Origin: Octopus vulgaris
Lineage: Eukaryota
NCBI GenBank assembly: GCA_951406725.2
Contig: OX597825.1
Coordinates: 44,082,001 to 44,146,000, forward strand
Direction: 5' to 3'
DNA: 64,000 nucleotides
The notes beneath the pieces were generated by a model that ran no database searches, was not told the origin of the DNA, and worked only from the letters and a program-made list of their open reading frames with translations. The position numbers and the translations under genes are program-made. Positions 28,468 through 43,207 of the stretch are shown here, piece after piece (within the stretch, counting starts at the first letter, position 1; every line of letters begins with the position of its first letter).

Positions 28468-28872
28468 TCTTTTACTTCTTTTAGTCATTTGACTGCAGCC
28501 ATGCTGGAGCACCACCTTTAGTTGGCAAATCGACCCCAGGACTTATTCTTTGTAAGCCTAGTACTTATTTTATCAGTCCTTTTGCCGGAATACTAAGTTA
28601 CAGGGACGTAAACACACCAACAATAGTTGTCAAGTGATGTTGCGGGGGTAGGGGGGTGCAAGCACAGACACACAAACATTTACACACACATACATATATA
28701 TATATATATGATGGGCTTCTTTTCAGTTTCCATCTAACAAATCCACTCACAAGGCTTTGGTCAGCCCAAAGCTATAGCAGAAGACACTTGTCCAAGGTGC
28801 CACACAGTGAAACTGAACCCTGAACTATGTGGCTGGTAAGCAAGCTACATACCACACAGCCACTCCTGTGCT
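28468..28872 (-). mobile_element. tRNA-derived SINE (family of 56110-56470)
   Basis: Reverse complement of the head GGAGTGGCTGTGTGGTA and of the tail GTGCTCCAGCATGGCTGCAGTCAAATGACT. Confidence 0.85.
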
Positions 28873-28971
28873 TTATATATATATATATATTATGTATATA
28901 TTATATATCCTATAAAATACACACACGTGTGTATGACCATACATACATATATATATATATAAATACATACA

Positions 28972-29010
<39 letters not shown>

Positions 29011-29130
29011 CAATTGCAATAACAAAGGATAATTTATTTTTTTTAATTTTATCAGTAGCCAGCATATAGAAAAAGACTAATTAAAGGAAAACTATTTATA
29101 TAATTATAATAAGGGCATAGAAAGAAATCA

Positions 29131-29440
29131 ACAGAAATTATTAATAAAATAGATAGCCCTGGATTAGCTAATTTCTGGATTTTCCCAATGGCTTTTCCTT
29201 CTTCAGCAGGACACACACAGGAAATAAATGAGATATTTATACATACCCTCAAGAAAGGAAAACGCAAAGCCATAAATACCCCCGACAAAAGAGTTATCTG
29301 GGGTATTTATAGCTTTGCATTTTGCTTTCCTGTATGTATAAACATCTCATTATGTGTGCCCTGCTAAAGAAGGAAAAGCCATTGGGCAAATCCAGAAATT
29401 AGCTAATTCTGGGCTATCTATTTTATTAATGATTTCTGTT
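29131..29440. mobile_element. ~145 bp-arm palindromic HHR element
   Basis: 29131-29283 is inverted relative to 29298-29440. Confidence 0.8.
29158..29210 (-). ncRNA. Type I hammerhead ribozyme
   Basis: CCTG-CTGAAGA-AGGA...TCCA-GAA-ATTAGCTAAT-C-CAGG. The mirror copy at 29360-29412 (+) has a mutated core, CTAAAGA. Confidence 0.7.
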
Positions 29441-29599
29441 AACTTGTTGCTTTGATTTCTTAAGTGGTGAGACAATTTAACATGTATTTTTCAGCATATA
29501 GGCCAGAAAATTTCTTTGTATGCCCTTAATTATAATTGATATATATACATTCTTTTACTCACTTCAGTCATGCTAGAACACACACACATATAGATATAT

Positions 29600-30208
29600 A
29601 TAAACAATAGCACAGATGGCCTTAGGGTCATTACAGCTATTTCAAATATGTGCTTTATTGATGAACAAAACAATTACATCATGTAAAAAAAAAAACGTTT
29701 CCTGCAGGTGTATTAAGAATAAAATCTAAAATTTCGAATTTTTCACACAAATAGTACCTAAAGTGTATAGAGACTGAATAGGGAAAGCTATTTCAAAGTA
29801 AATATACTTTGTAATAAATTAAACAACAAAAGAGAAATATAAGAGGAGAGAAAATGAAAAAAGAAAAAACTCTCATCCACTTAAAGGATATCAAAGGGTC
29901 TCAAAATCTAGCACTCGATGGGACAAGATGGCTGTCCCTCATTTGATGACATCAAGATAAGCGAGAGATTGAATGACTAAATAAAATTAAGATGAGATGA
30001 AACAAAGTGAAGGCACCACCAAATAGCAGCAAAGGGGTGCCAAGAATAGCATTCTCTATCCACTTTCTCTGCTATAACCGAGATACAAGTAATATACATT
30101 ATATACTATTTGTGTGAAAAATCCTAAATGTTCTTTTTACATGATGTAATTGTTTTATTCATCAATAAAGAACATGTCTGAAACAACTCATCTGTGTTAT
30201 TGTTTATA
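29600..30208. repeat. Element with ~85 bp imperfect inverted ends
   Basis: TTTATTGATGAACAAAACAATTACATCATGTAAAAA (29653-29688) is inverted at 30133-30169. Confidence 0.65.
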
Positions 30209-31005
30209 ATTCACCACACTTAGAACCTACCCTGCATTGGATCTTCACTGTGGAATAGGTGTCACAGTTTACTCCTGTGTATACATTGTGTATTTGGTCA
30301 ATACTTGTGAATGTGTGCATAACTGGAGGGACATTTGTTTTTACTTTTGTAAGCACTGTATTCACTATTAGAGCATAGGTACACTATGCCCAACTCTACC
30401 TTAGTGCCTTTGTTATACAAATGCCTTGATTCTATTGGATCCTGGAAATTTTATATAACTATAGGTGGTGCTCCAGCATGGCCACAGTCAAATGACTGAA
30501 ACAAATAAAAGAATTTATATATATATATATAATAGGTCATAGGCATTGCCTTACAGTCTAAAGAAGAAAAAAATAGATATATTTAAGAATGCATGTGTTT
30601 GAATTTGTGTAATTGTATGTGTTTCTATACATACGTGTATGTGTGTGTATCTTGTCATTTGTGTATCATACTATATACACCAGTAAATAACATGATGCCA
30701 TAGATTTTCTCTGAGATGACACCTCTTCATATACATGTTAGGTTAAAACATAATATACATCAAAGTGAGGCAAGCTTTTGGAAGCTACGACATACAAGAT
30801 CATCATGCATTATGCCTTACTTCATATTTCAATATACAGGAAACAGTGAACATGCTAGGCTGTGCACTTAGTGAACACCTTGGTGATTGTCAATATATAC
30901 GTATATATACATATATATATACACACACATATATACACACACCTTCACATATGCATATATGTACATGTTTGTTTGTGAACAGCTTAGTGATTGTCAATAT
31001 ATATG

Positions 31006-31039
<34 letters not shown>

Positions 31040-31040
<1 letters not shown>

Positions 31041-32947
31041 CTCTATATATAAAACTGAAATGCGTTTTTACTGCTTGGATCACTTTCAAGGCCACTACAT
31101 CCCGTCCGATTGACTCCAAAATTTACAGGGACATGTAAAATGAGGTGACGATGCCTGTGGGCTACCTTAGAAATCCCTATCTTAAAAAGTGTCGTTGCTA
31201 GGGCCAAAAACCCACTTTGACAAGTCCACTCCGGTTCTTTAATGTATCTGTCTTCCTCAACTCACTCTCGCTATTTCCTTTCTTCCCAGCACTTTTTCAC
31301 TCACTCTATTTCATACATTCCCATTACTTTCACCTCCTCAAACGGCCTTCTTTTATGTATCTGTCTGCATTCATAGAGAGAATTATGATCGCCACCGCCA
31401 TCGCATTCTATTGTCTGCCTGTCAACGCACCGACAGAGCAAATACAAACAGAACACACCAACCAGCGTTCATGTTCTGGTGATAACGTAGGTTTTTCGTA
31501 TCTATTACATTTTAACATTTATTTAGAACCCTGCAAATTTTTCGTGCTAAATTCTCATTTTTTACTACCTTATTATATTTTCTTATATTGATGCTTTTAT
31601 TAGAATTAATTCTAATTGTCTGGATCAACAGTTAATTTCCTCGGAGGATATGGAAATTCCTATTACCCGTCGGAGAAATAATTCCAGCAGCTCACAACTA
31701 TTTCAACAAAGACAAGGTTACCTGCTTACCAGTCGAATTCAGCGTCAATGCTCACGTATGAGAGAGACTCCAACACACACACATATATACATATATATAT
31801 ATAATGTGTGCATTATGTGGTCGGTTGAGCTGAAAATATGCAGACCTATGTTAAAAGTGCTCGCAAGTTTGCATGACAACTATTTTTTTCCCTCAAATGA
31901 AAGGCGTCACCTCTAGGACAAAATTTCTCATCTTATAAATCGGGTTATATTAACCAAAATGTGAAAAGGGTCTAAATGGGGCTGGAAGGGGATTAAAATT
32001 TAAAGGAGCGGGTGTTTAGGAATTCTCTGTTACATCAAGCTAAAAAATTTGCGCCAGCCTTTTAATCGTCAATGTGTTGCCGTCCATGATGAAGAAGTTT
32101 TGAATGCTTGCCATGGTGAGTCTACTGTCGTGAGAAAGAATCACTTCAAAACTTGGTGTTTAGGGATTTTCTTTTACATCAAGTTCAAAATTTTACGCCA
32201 GCCGTTAAACTGTCAAAACGTTGCTGTCCATCGTTAAGAAATGCCAGCCATGGTGACTCTACTATCCTCAGATTCTATCCCTTCAAACTTTGGTTTCCAA
32301 TATTTTATTATTTTTATTCAGCTCGCAAGTTTGTCTATCCCTTTTAAATGTTAGTGTTTTGCTGTCTGCCTTGAAGCAGACCTTTCCATTGTTACTGCCT
32401 GATATTTATGATTGATCTTTCTAAATATTTTATTTCTCAACTTACTCAAGATCTTTTGTTTTTTCTAAATGGGAGAGAGATAGATAAAGATAGAGAGTAA
32501 GAGAAAGCGAGGGAGAGTCCGAGAGAAAAGAAGAGTAAGAAAGTGGGGAAAGTGAGAGAGAAACAAAGAGGGAGAATCATCATCATCGTTTAACGTCCGT
32601 TTTCTGTGCTAGCACGGGTTGGACAGTTTGACTGGGGTCTGGGAAGCCAGGAGGCTGCACCAGGCTCCAGTCTGATCTGGCAGTGTTTCTACAGATGGAT
32701 GCCCTTCCTAACGCCAACCACTCTGTGAGCGTAGTGGATGCTTTTTCGTGCCGCCGGCACAGGTGCCAGGGGGGCTGGCAGCGGCCACGATCAGTTGGTG
32801 CTTTTTACGTGCCACCGGCACAGAAGCCAGTCAAGGCGGCGCTGCAATCGGCCATGTTCGGATGGTGCTTTTTACGTGCTGAAAGGAAGCAACAGAAAGT
32901 AACAACCACACTCTTACCCGCGCATAGAGCGGGTCACCATCAGCTAG
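31040..32947 (+). mobile_element. ~1.9 kb non-autonomous Helitron with a nested RTE 3' UTR (32577-32880)
   Basis: 5' TCTCTATATATAAA; 3' hairpin ACCCGC..GCGGGT then CTAG|T. Confidence 0.7.
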
Positions 32948-32980
<33 letters not shown>

Positions 32981-34198
32981 ACATACACACACACATTACG
33001 TATTTCTGTATCTGTATGTACATATCTATCTATATATATATATACACCTATATTCAGACACACACTCACATGCACAGGTGTATTATATATTTTTTGTATT
33101 TATGAAAGAGAACACAAAAACATCAAAATAGCAATCCAGGCATTCTCAAAAGATTTAAAAATACAGATCACTTGTCCTTGATTAATTTAAAAGAAATGTA
33201 AAATACAGAGGCTGAAGAAGATAAGAGCAAAGTTATTAACTACAAAAAGTAAAACATAATTTGATCAATGTGATGGCAGAAACATTAAACACTTAAATGT
33301 AAATGCAAGTGTACACAAACTATATTACACAGTCAATTTTCATCCTGATCTTTTACTAGGCATTAATTTTATTTTGTGATCATTTTTTTTTATTTTAAAA
33401 ATGTAGAAAAAAAGGGTTAGTTAAGGCTTTATAGCCTCATCTGATCATCTTAAACTGGTGGGTTGAAGGAGTTTCCGAGTGAAATTATTGTGAATTACTT
33501 ATTTTGGATGTACATAGTTACCACAATAGGTTTTGAGAAAAGTCAAGTGAACATAAAATGAAGCTCCTGTGCTGTTTGCTTCCAGTTCAAATAATGCTCT
33601 ACGAATGCTAGATATTGACAAGTGTACATGAATGTTTGTGTGTTTATAAGTGTATATATGTGTAAGTTACATGTAAATAACTGGATAAAATATGTATTTA
33701 TAAACTGATAAACTAAGTGGAATATAATTAATGTATGTGTGAAGGTATGTGTATAAGTTGACAGTATGTCTTAATGTGTATATATTTAAAGTGCAATCAA
33801 TATTTGAATATAAGCATGCATCTTCATTTACCACAAAATACACAAATGCACAATCTCACATACACATAAATGTGTATGTATGTATATACATGCATATGTA
33901 TGTATATATCTGTGTGTATGTTATGTATGTGTAAAGCAAGAAGTGAGAAATGTAATGCATGCTATAGGGAACATAAAGCTAATGGTAACCATATCCTACT
34001 GGACTCAGTCTTGCTTTTGATCCATCTTGGCTCAATTGACAGCTGTAATATACTTTAGTTAATGGAATGAACCTCATTCTTTGTCTTCCTTGAATGCAAT
34101 TATTTTTGTGTGACATTCTAAAGCTATCTTTATCACTCATTCTTTTGCTTCCTTTTATCGTTGTAAATATAAATATTAATTTTATGAGTCCCCTTTCC

Positions 34199-34248
<50 letters not shown>

Positions 34249-34623
34249 TATACTACAGTATTGTAGCTAACAACAATATTCCTGACCTGCTATATATTTG
34301 GCCACAGAACAGGGCTTGACCAATTATAATAGGTCTAGCTGGTGCTACCCAATACAGTTCTATCATTATGGAATAATGCCTGAACAAGTATACATGTACT
34401 ACTATATGTGTGTGAAATTCTGATTGAAGCATCAATTGATTCTTTACATATATACATATAATTGTATGTACATACATATATATATAATCCCAGAAATCAT
34501 GTATAAAATGAAAAACTTTCTATACAATCATGGTGCCTTCTTTTTTAAGTTTTCTATGATTTTTTTGCTCTCAATATCATGACAGCATTACCAGCCATAT
34601 ATCTATTGTATTATTTTGTAATT

Positions 34624-35495
34624 TATAGTGTTTGGGCTAAATTTGACAGTTTGCATGAAAGGAAGAGAGAACATGATACCCATCCAGAAATAAAAGTATT
34701 TTTAAAAAATCAAAAAATAACGACTACGACTGATAGATAACAGTATACTCAAAGTAGCCACCCTCAGCTTCCACCATGGCCTCAAGGTGGCTCCAGAACC
34801 AGGTGTATGTGTTCCTCACTATGTCTCTGGATAGATCTTTGAACACTATCTTGATCTTGGCCACCAACTCAGCCTTGTGTTGCAGGAAGAGCAGTTGGTG
34901 TCTTTCTGAAGACATTGTAATCTGTGGGATTGCAATCAGGGGTTTTGGAGGCCAGAAACTGAGGTTGATGAAGTTGTAATTTTCCAAAACCACAATCTTT
35001 CCAGGGTTATGGCAAGGAGCCGAATCCTGCTGCTATACATACGGGCTTCCAGTAGCAACTCTCTCTAGCTGGGAATTGACCACAGTCTCTAGCAGCTTCA
35101 TGTAACCATCTGAATTGAACCTAAAACCCTATTCAATGTTGAGGATGAACTCTGGTGTGTGGACACAGTCAGACTGTATCCCTTCCTGCCAGCCATGTCT
35201 TTGTAGTGTTTGTTGCATCTGTCCATGTCACATTTTACAGCCTTTACTGTGTTCACAAAGCATTGAGCAGCAATCATGATGTCAGCATTTTGATACCCAG
35301 CATAAATCTTCATGATAAAGGTAACTTTTTTCCAATATTCACATGGCTTCCAGACCACCATGTCATATAACTCTTTCTTGACTACAACTTTAATCTTTAT
35401 GCTCTCCAATGTTGTTGATTGTTCACCAACACATTAAACTGTTCCTGAAGAAAAGAAACAAAGAAAATCATCAAATTTAGCCCAAACGTCCTGTA
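34624..35495 (-). mobile_element. Decayed Tc1/mariner transposon
   Basis: FWPP.., LVAKIK..LEAMVEAEGGYFE; TIRs GTTTGGGCTAAATTTGA / TCAAATTTAGCCCAAAC. Confidence 0.8.
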
Positions 35496-35566
35496 GTTGT
35501 TCCAATATATAAAGTACAACAAATGTAGGTTTCTGCATTCTTAAAATCTCTCTCTCTCTCTCCCTT

Positions 35567-35605
<39 letters not shown>

Positions 35606-35752
35606 TACATACTCATGCTTGACTGGCTGAAACTTTGAAGTCACTCAATAATATTTGTTTAAAACTAGTAAACTTGTACTCTACAAAAGTATAGAGTAAC
35701 CCATCAGATTAATGTAAAACAGTTTTTATTAGGACAGAACATACATTAAAAC

Positions 35753-36375
35753 TTTGAGAACGAGAGAGCTGAAAAACCATGATGGTCCTCTGGAGGACAT
35801 ATGTCCTCAGCTGCTTAGGCTACTGGTCCCAACTCTGGTCACCACACAGTGTAAAATTAATGACAGCACTTGTAGCAATCCACCAAAGCCACACATAGAA
35901 GAACATCTCAATGCAACATATCAGCTACTGGGAAAGGTTGAAACAGTTTAGACTCTACTCCCTAGAATGAAGGCAGGAAAGATATGCTCAGATATATCTC
36001 TGGAAAATCCTGGAAGGACTTGTATCAAACTTTGACATTGAAAGTTACACAAGCATCTGAACAGGCCTCCATTACAAAGTGCCAAAGGTCCCAACATCGC
36101 CATCAAGATACAGGATGAAAAAGTGCTTCAACTTGGGATTCAAGGACCCACAGCTCTTCAATATCCTCCTAAAACACCTGAGAGACCTGAATCCGGTGGA
36201 TGTAGGAGTCTTTAAAACAAATCTGAACCTACTTCGCAGCAGGAAAAGCAAATGAGGGCAGCATCATCAAACTCCATCATTCACCAAATGCCACATAGAG
36301 ATGGTTTCAAGTGTAGCAAAGTTAAAGTAATGTCCCAGTATAGCTACAGCTCTTGAACTGAAACTAGTAAAAGAT
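35753..36375 (+). mobile_element. Decayed CR1/L2-group LINE 3' fragment
   Basis: Collinear with ~18990-19645. Confidence 0.8.
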
Positions 36376-36446
36376 AATTATGATGTTATATGCATGTATA
36401 CATACATGCATACTTATGTACATACTTACACAGATACATATGTATG

Positions 36447-39290
36447 CATCATCACCACTTAGCAGCCATTTTCCATGCTGGCATGGTTTGGATGGTTTGA
36501 CAGATGTTGGCAAATCAGAAGCCAGCACCAATCTCTCCAGTCTTCTTTGGCATAAGTTCTACAGGTGGACGCCCTTCCTAACATCAACGACTTTACAGAA
36601 TGTAATGGGTGCTTTTTACATGACACCAACAGCAGTGAGGTTACCAAATAATTTGCAAGATAAGATCCCCTGAACTGGGAGTGGTAGAGAGTAATATTTC
36701 AGGAAAGAAATAGGTATCTTGCAGTAGGGGAAAGAGATCAGATAGTGAAGATGTAACAGGGCATACATTCAAGTTACAGGGAGGTGTATGTAGTGAAGTG
36801 GACCAGGAATTGCAAGAGTAGGAGATGGAGGATGGAGAATGTAATGAGTGGATACATGTAGGGGAGGGAATATTAGGAAGATTTGTTGTGGAAAAGAGAT
36901 TCAACAGGGACATACTTTGTGCAGGTAGATTTGCAAGGGTGAGTGTGAGATAGAGGGAAGGGGAATGTAGCAAGTGAAGAGCAAAGGTGATTTGAAGGGG
37001 TGGTATTGATAAGATGGAATGTGGGAGAGAGGTTTGTCAGGGATAGATTGCAGGATGGTGGTAGACATAAACGACATTCCTTTATGGTCTTGATTTTACT
37101 TAGCTGGATGGGTCTTCTCAAGCACAGCAAATTGCTAATTGCTTCGGTCCTTTGTTCTCTTTGTGAAGATCAATATTTGAAGACCGTTACTCATTATTTC
37201 TTGCATCTTCTCCTTCTAGCAATCGGCATTTCTTTATGCAGCTGTTTACATCTATATGCATCACATGACCATAACAACACAATTTTCTCTCTTGCACACA
37301 ATCTTTCTCTTAAAACATTTAAGCTTTGTCATAATGCACACTGGCATTGCACATCCAGTAGAGCATGCCGGCTTCATATGTCTTCTGAAGTTACAGCCCT
37401 CATTTCACTACAACATAGCATAGCCATTTGTACACAAGCATTGTACAATCTGTCTATCACTGTGAGGAAGAGGCCCTTTGTGACCAACAAAGGTAATAGC
37501 TCTCTGAACTTTTCCCAACTGGTTCTTATTCTGGCAATTACATTTTCATAGCATGCTCCTCTACAGCTAATTTGGTCACCTAGGTAACAGATGATATCTA
37601 CCACTTCTAAGGACCCCCCCTGGAAATTTGAGGAAATCTTTTTCCTCTATGTTCTTAGTACCTGTACATCTACCACACACAAAGACTACTCTCTTTGTTA
37701 ACCTTCTTGTGATTCCACTGCACTTCTTATGTGTCCAAAGCTTGCACTAGGTACACTGTATGGAATTTCTACATATCAAGCAGAGGCATTTCCTTCAAGA
37801 GATTAGTAATTTGTCTGCTCTCCCACTAACTAGTACTTTGGTCTTTGCTAAATTAACTTTGAATCAAGGCCTTGCTTTCACATCTGAAATTTCTTCTCTA
37901 ATTCTACTAGAGATTCAACTGTAAGAACAAGGTCATCAGCACAGATGCGCTTCCATGGGCAGCTGGTTTTAAATTCCTCTATTATGGCCTGGAGGACTAA
38001 ATTTGTTTTTCTTCTAATTGTTAGCTTTCCCCTTACTGACAGCATCCCTGTGCTAACTTGAACAGCTCTCACCAACTACTTATCTACTAGCTTTCACAGC
38101 AGCCACCAGATGAAGGAGTGAGGGATCCTGTCAAAGGCTTTCTCCATGTTACCAGATGCCAATGATTTACTTTTCACTAAGTGTTTCTCCTGCAGTTGCA
38201 TCTCCCTGGTACAAAACTAAACTGCATCTTTTCTAGGTTAACTCTCTTCCTTGAGTTATGACACTGTCTATAACTTACATGATCTGGTCCAGCAATTTGA
38301 TACCTCTGTAATTACTTCTATCTAAGGTATCTCCTTTACCTTTGTAGCAGCTAACTGTAATGCTGCCACACCAGTCGTTGGACAATCTAATTCATTATAT
38401 AAGCATATTTTAAGTATCTTGGCATTAATTGCTGATAGGTCAGGAAATTTCTGTTTTCATATCCTAAATTGCTTTATTTATCATGCTGCTGGCAACTCAG
38501 CTGGTCCCTTTGTTGGGTCCACATTGAGTAAACTCTCCTTCTGCCATGCATTCTCCACATTTCGCAGCCTTTCATAGTGACATTTCCATGATTCTTTTTT
38601 GACAGAATCACTAACTGCAAGTGTACACTATCCCATCCAAACACACTTCTCTTTAACAAGATCACAATTTTCTCTGATACACTATCTTGCCATCTGGTAT
38701 GTCTTATACCACAGAACATTGGCAAACTTTTTCCTTTCTGCTTTTCCCTTAGCTAAATATACCTGTTGCCTAGTTTCTCTTCTAGCTTCCTGGTGTAGTT
38801 CTCTGCTACCCCAACTCTTCTAGATCAGTTTCTTTACTCTTAAGGCCCTGTCTAATTCACTTTCCAAACCACCACATCTCCCTAGATCAGGTTGGGATTT
38901 TGTACAAGTTATTATTTAGGCTGTGGCCCTCAATGAGTTGTCCTTTTGTTCATCCAGCAATCCTAGTTGAGGAGCATTGGCAGAAATAATAGTTGCTGTA
39001 CTATTTTGCAAAACTAGTCTAAATATAAGTATCCTATCGCACTCTATCTTGTACCTCAATCAGCTTATCCCATCATATTATCTTCATAGAAGATTTTGTT
39101 CTTTGCCTGTGAGGAACCTGGCTGAGGCTTCTCTTCACCATCTTGAGTGCAACACACATCTATACACCTCTCTTCTAGCATCTCAACAATCTCACCACAG
39201 GTACCTTTCAATATGCCTTTATTGACTATATCAACTCTAAAGACGTGGAAGGCATGGCAAGAGTGAACAGGGAGATAGGGAAGCATTTAG
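36447..39290 (-). mobile_element. Heavily decayed RTE LINE (APE to 3' UTR)
   Basis: GEIVEMLEERCIDVCCTQ (APE), CADDLVL, YLGDQIS..ARIRTSWEKFRELLPLL, and 3' UTR motifs. Confidence 0.75.
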
Positions 39291-42079
39291 CACCTAAATA
39301 GAAAGTTTGCACAGACGTTTACCAGTAGACATCATATCAGCTTGTATCTGCATTCAATTTACCATCATTCATTTGTTTCACACTTGGTGCATCAACCAGA
39401 AAAAGGTTGGTGTACAATCATTCTTTATACAAAGGTAAATAATAACTGATTAATTAATTAACTGGCAAGTATCCTTAGTTAACTTGTATTTCCGATATAA
39501 AAGGCATTAACAATGCCTTGTATACTATAATTCTGTCATTGATAGGGTGCTAAGGACCTGTAAGGATATCATATTTCGTTAAGCAACCATAATATTCTAC
39601 AAAATATATTAAACGTTTTTATAAGTCAATACTCTGTTAGCAGTGTTATTTCATCACTTGTTAAGGTTATCTCTACAGATTTTCTATAGAAATTATAGCC
39701 AGCACTGACTTTTGTTATGTTTCGTATCAGAGACGCCTGATGTAAACAACAGCACTGAGATCGAAGATGAAAAGTTAGTAATGGGCGTACATGACATATA
39801 TACCTAAACAACAACAATGAGATTGAAGATGAAGAATGGGTAATGGGCGCATATGTCGTTAACAAGTGACTGGGTGCTGATATATTCAAGGAAAGTGGGG
39901 AGACAGAAGTCTCTGGTATGGAAGAAAGATTTTTAGTAGAGGCGGTGGGGCTGGAAATGGGTTGGCACATCATGAACAATCCACATAACTTTCATGATAT
40001 GAAAATACGAATTTATGATAAAGACAAAATGTACAGATTTTCAACAAGTTAAAAACTTTCATTGGATGAAATATACAAATTATAATGAAAAAGACAAGGT
40101 ATACATATTTTCAGGACAGAGACAGTATTGATGAAAGTGGTGAAACAAAGCATGCAGGCTATACTATACTAATGAAGCAGCTTACTAGAATTAATCTAAA
40201 TCACATTAAAGACAATGTAATAGGGTAGCTTTAACGTCATAGGGATCGGATCTTGTTGAATAAACAAAATTTTTAAAATTACGAAAACAAATTTGAGCTT
40301 ATCTGGACATGACTTTTCATTCAACACAAAAATATGATAATAGCCAGGAGGTTGATATGTGAGAAACAAAGCAAAGAATCTAAGATATTTGTATGAGGAC
40401 GAACACAAGTTAAAACTGGCCAACATTTCGAGCAAACAAGCAGCATAGCTTTCATGCAATAAAAATATATGAAGTTATGAGAAAGACAGGACATACAAAT
40501 TTTCAACAAGCCAAAAACTTTCATTGGATAGAAGCTACAAATTATGGAAACGACAAGTATATCTAATAGCAGAAAGACCGCTCTCCGGGCGTTTTTCTTC
40601 TAGCTCCTTGATATATTCACATTTGATTCCCAATTCTAATAGTTTTATATTTTACGTCTAATTATTTATTTGTATAATAGTACTCACTTCCTTAGTAAAT
40701 ATTGCTTTCGTTATTTTATCACAGTCATAATCTCTCTTTTTTAAGAACACGGTAGACCAACAACAGAGGGAGAAGCAATTTGTCAAGTTTTACCTTCTCC
40801 TCAAAGGAACAAAGAGATTTTAGTTCAGCAGCCCCATCTGTAAGCTTTGCTGTGTGTGTGTGTGTGAGAGAGGTAGGGAAGAGAGAACATTGCAAACAAT
40901 GAATGAAATAAACATGAAATGAAAAGATCGTATAAATACAGATGTATACGCCCCCGACTTTGTTGCCTCATAACACAGAAAAATGGATACTCTTTAACAA
41001 AACTTTCTACAAATACCGCTTAGATGTTGTGGCTTCAGAATGTATGGGAAAGAATTTTTGTGAACGGGTGGAGAGAGGAGTTTCGAAAAATCCACACAAT
41101 CTGACTTTTACCCCTCAACTTTCAGGAAGATGGGTATCTTAATGAAAATTTATACAAATCCCTTCCAAACGGCATAGATTACGATAAAGAAATTTGTGGG
41201 GAAAATTTTTTCGGGGATTTTACCCATTTTTTAAAACCACAGCCTTCAAAATTATGGGGTTAATGGTGGGGGCATCATTATATGAACTTATCATCCCACT
41301 CCAGACCTATTTTGGCCTTTTCTTTTTGCTCATCAAAACCACGGGAAGAGCATTTTCGGTAAAAAATAAATAAATAAAAATTGTTAATATTTTCAGAGGA
41401 AAAAGTGAGTGATTTAAGGGTGATTTGGCTGTTTTTTCTAGCACATCCAAAGACAACCCTCCTCGTTTCTTTTTCACTCGCGCGTGTATTGATGTTTCTC
41501 AATATTTTCCCCCATAAATGCATTTATATGCTATAAAAAAGAAAATTTGAGAAATTATGAATTTTTTGCAATCTCACTCCCTACCCCCGGTTCTTTCTGT
41601 TTTGAAATAAAAATATTGGAGAGCCTGAGGTCACTGTTAACATTGATTTTTAAAAAAATCAATGATTTAAAAAAGAATTATGGAAGCGTACTTGCATAGC
41701 AAGTGACTTGATCTGAGATCGTGTGCTGAAACAAAAACAATTACAGCATGGAAGATGTTTGTAAGCCATTCAAGAACACGCAAAAACCGTTAGTTTTCAC
41801 GTCACTACTTAAATACAGAGCTGCCACTCCTGCGCCTATTATTCAATTTTCAATAAGGTAAAATCTTAAATTATTAATTGACACATTATTAATTAGCATA
41901 ATAGACTAACATGGATTACATGGGAAAATGCGAGCATGAGAAATAATATTCTTAATATTATAAACCTGAAAAAGTACAGGTAGTAAATTGTCTTATGCTT
42001 TTCCTGGTTTATAATCTTAAGAATATCGTTTCTCTTGCTCGCATTTTTCCATGCAATATATATACTCACACACACACAC

Positions 42080-42125
<46 letters not shown>

Positions 42126-42209
42126 TATATAAAGATAAACTTACTTGGAAATGGATGCGTGGCATTCAATCAAATATATATACATGCCTATATATATATA
42201 TGTATGTAT

Positions 42210-42712
42210 GTATGTGTAACGTAATAGTTTAGAAAAAAAACCATTGGTTTCATTTCATATATAGAGTGAACTAGACATCTCTTCAGTTTCTCTAGACGAT
42301 AACCGTTCTCTGCTAAGAATGTTTTTTCAAACACAAGAACGCCGGTGATAGTTCAAGAAATATTCTTAAAAAATTATGGCTGGGCGAGTAGTCTTCCTTT
42401 GCTTGATAGCTAGGTTTTCCAATTTAGAAGTAAAAATTTCCGTAAATGTGGACACTTCCCCATGCCTTCTATCCTGGCTCATGGGAGTTGAGTTCATGTG
42501 AATTATATATCTTTCTGCCAAAAGAAGACAACTCGACTGGTCACAATTTTTTAAGAAGGATATTTCTTGAACTATCACCGGCGTTCTTGTGTTTGGAAAA
42601 ACATTCTTTGTAGAGAACCGCTATCGTTTAGAGAAACTGAAGAGATGTCTACTTCACGCTCTAGTGTGAAACCAATGGGGTTTTTCATCAAAGCCATTAC
42701 GTTACACATACG
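42210..42712. mobile_element. Element with ~165 bp inverted arms and an HHR-like motif (42633-42686 +)
   Basis: 42210-42375 is inverted relative to 42545-42712. CTGAAGAG...GAAACCAATGG is present but stem II is weak. Confidence 0.65.
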
Positions 42713-42834
42713 AAAATAAACAACTGCTGTATATTTTATAGGGTATGCTCTTCTCCTGATTTATGATATTGTAACGAACTTTTTCATACATAAATAAATG
42801 GAGTTGAACGCAGGTGTTATTCAAATTCTTTTAC

Positions 42835-42918
42835 TTTCGACATATGTTTCGAAGACAACATTGGTTTTATTCCAAAAGAATAAACGGTGCAAAATAATGA
42901 AACCTTCTCATCAGGACA
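42835..42918 (-). ncRNA. Type I HHR in a PLE 3' region related to 340-700
   Basis: TGTC-CTGATGA-GAAGG...TCTTC-GAA-ACATATGT-C-GAAA. Confidence 0.7.
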
Positions 42919-43207
42919 TTATAACAATTCTGATGACTGCATAAATGATAAAAAGAACGCTATTAAGTTTTTTTTGTTTTTTTTTAAATGTTAGTAGATC
43001 TGACGTCAAAGGTAGACCCTAGGAAGAAAAAAGGTAAAGAAATAATAAGTAGAGAACAAATAAAGAGGGATATATTAGTTGAAAAAATGTTCAAAGGCTT
43101 GGAAGTAGATTTCTTTATTGAAGTAAAGTGCAAGGTGCACTAAATGTTCAAACTATACAGACTGGTATAAATCACTTATATAATTATAAGACCTTTGATA
43201 AGGTTGA

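Noticed and set aside
40196-40460. Possible GIY-YIG remnant
   Set aside because: Too decayed to support.
40570-40600. Hairpin plus T-run resembling a rho-independent terminator
   Set aside because: Eukaryotic context and an imperfect stem.
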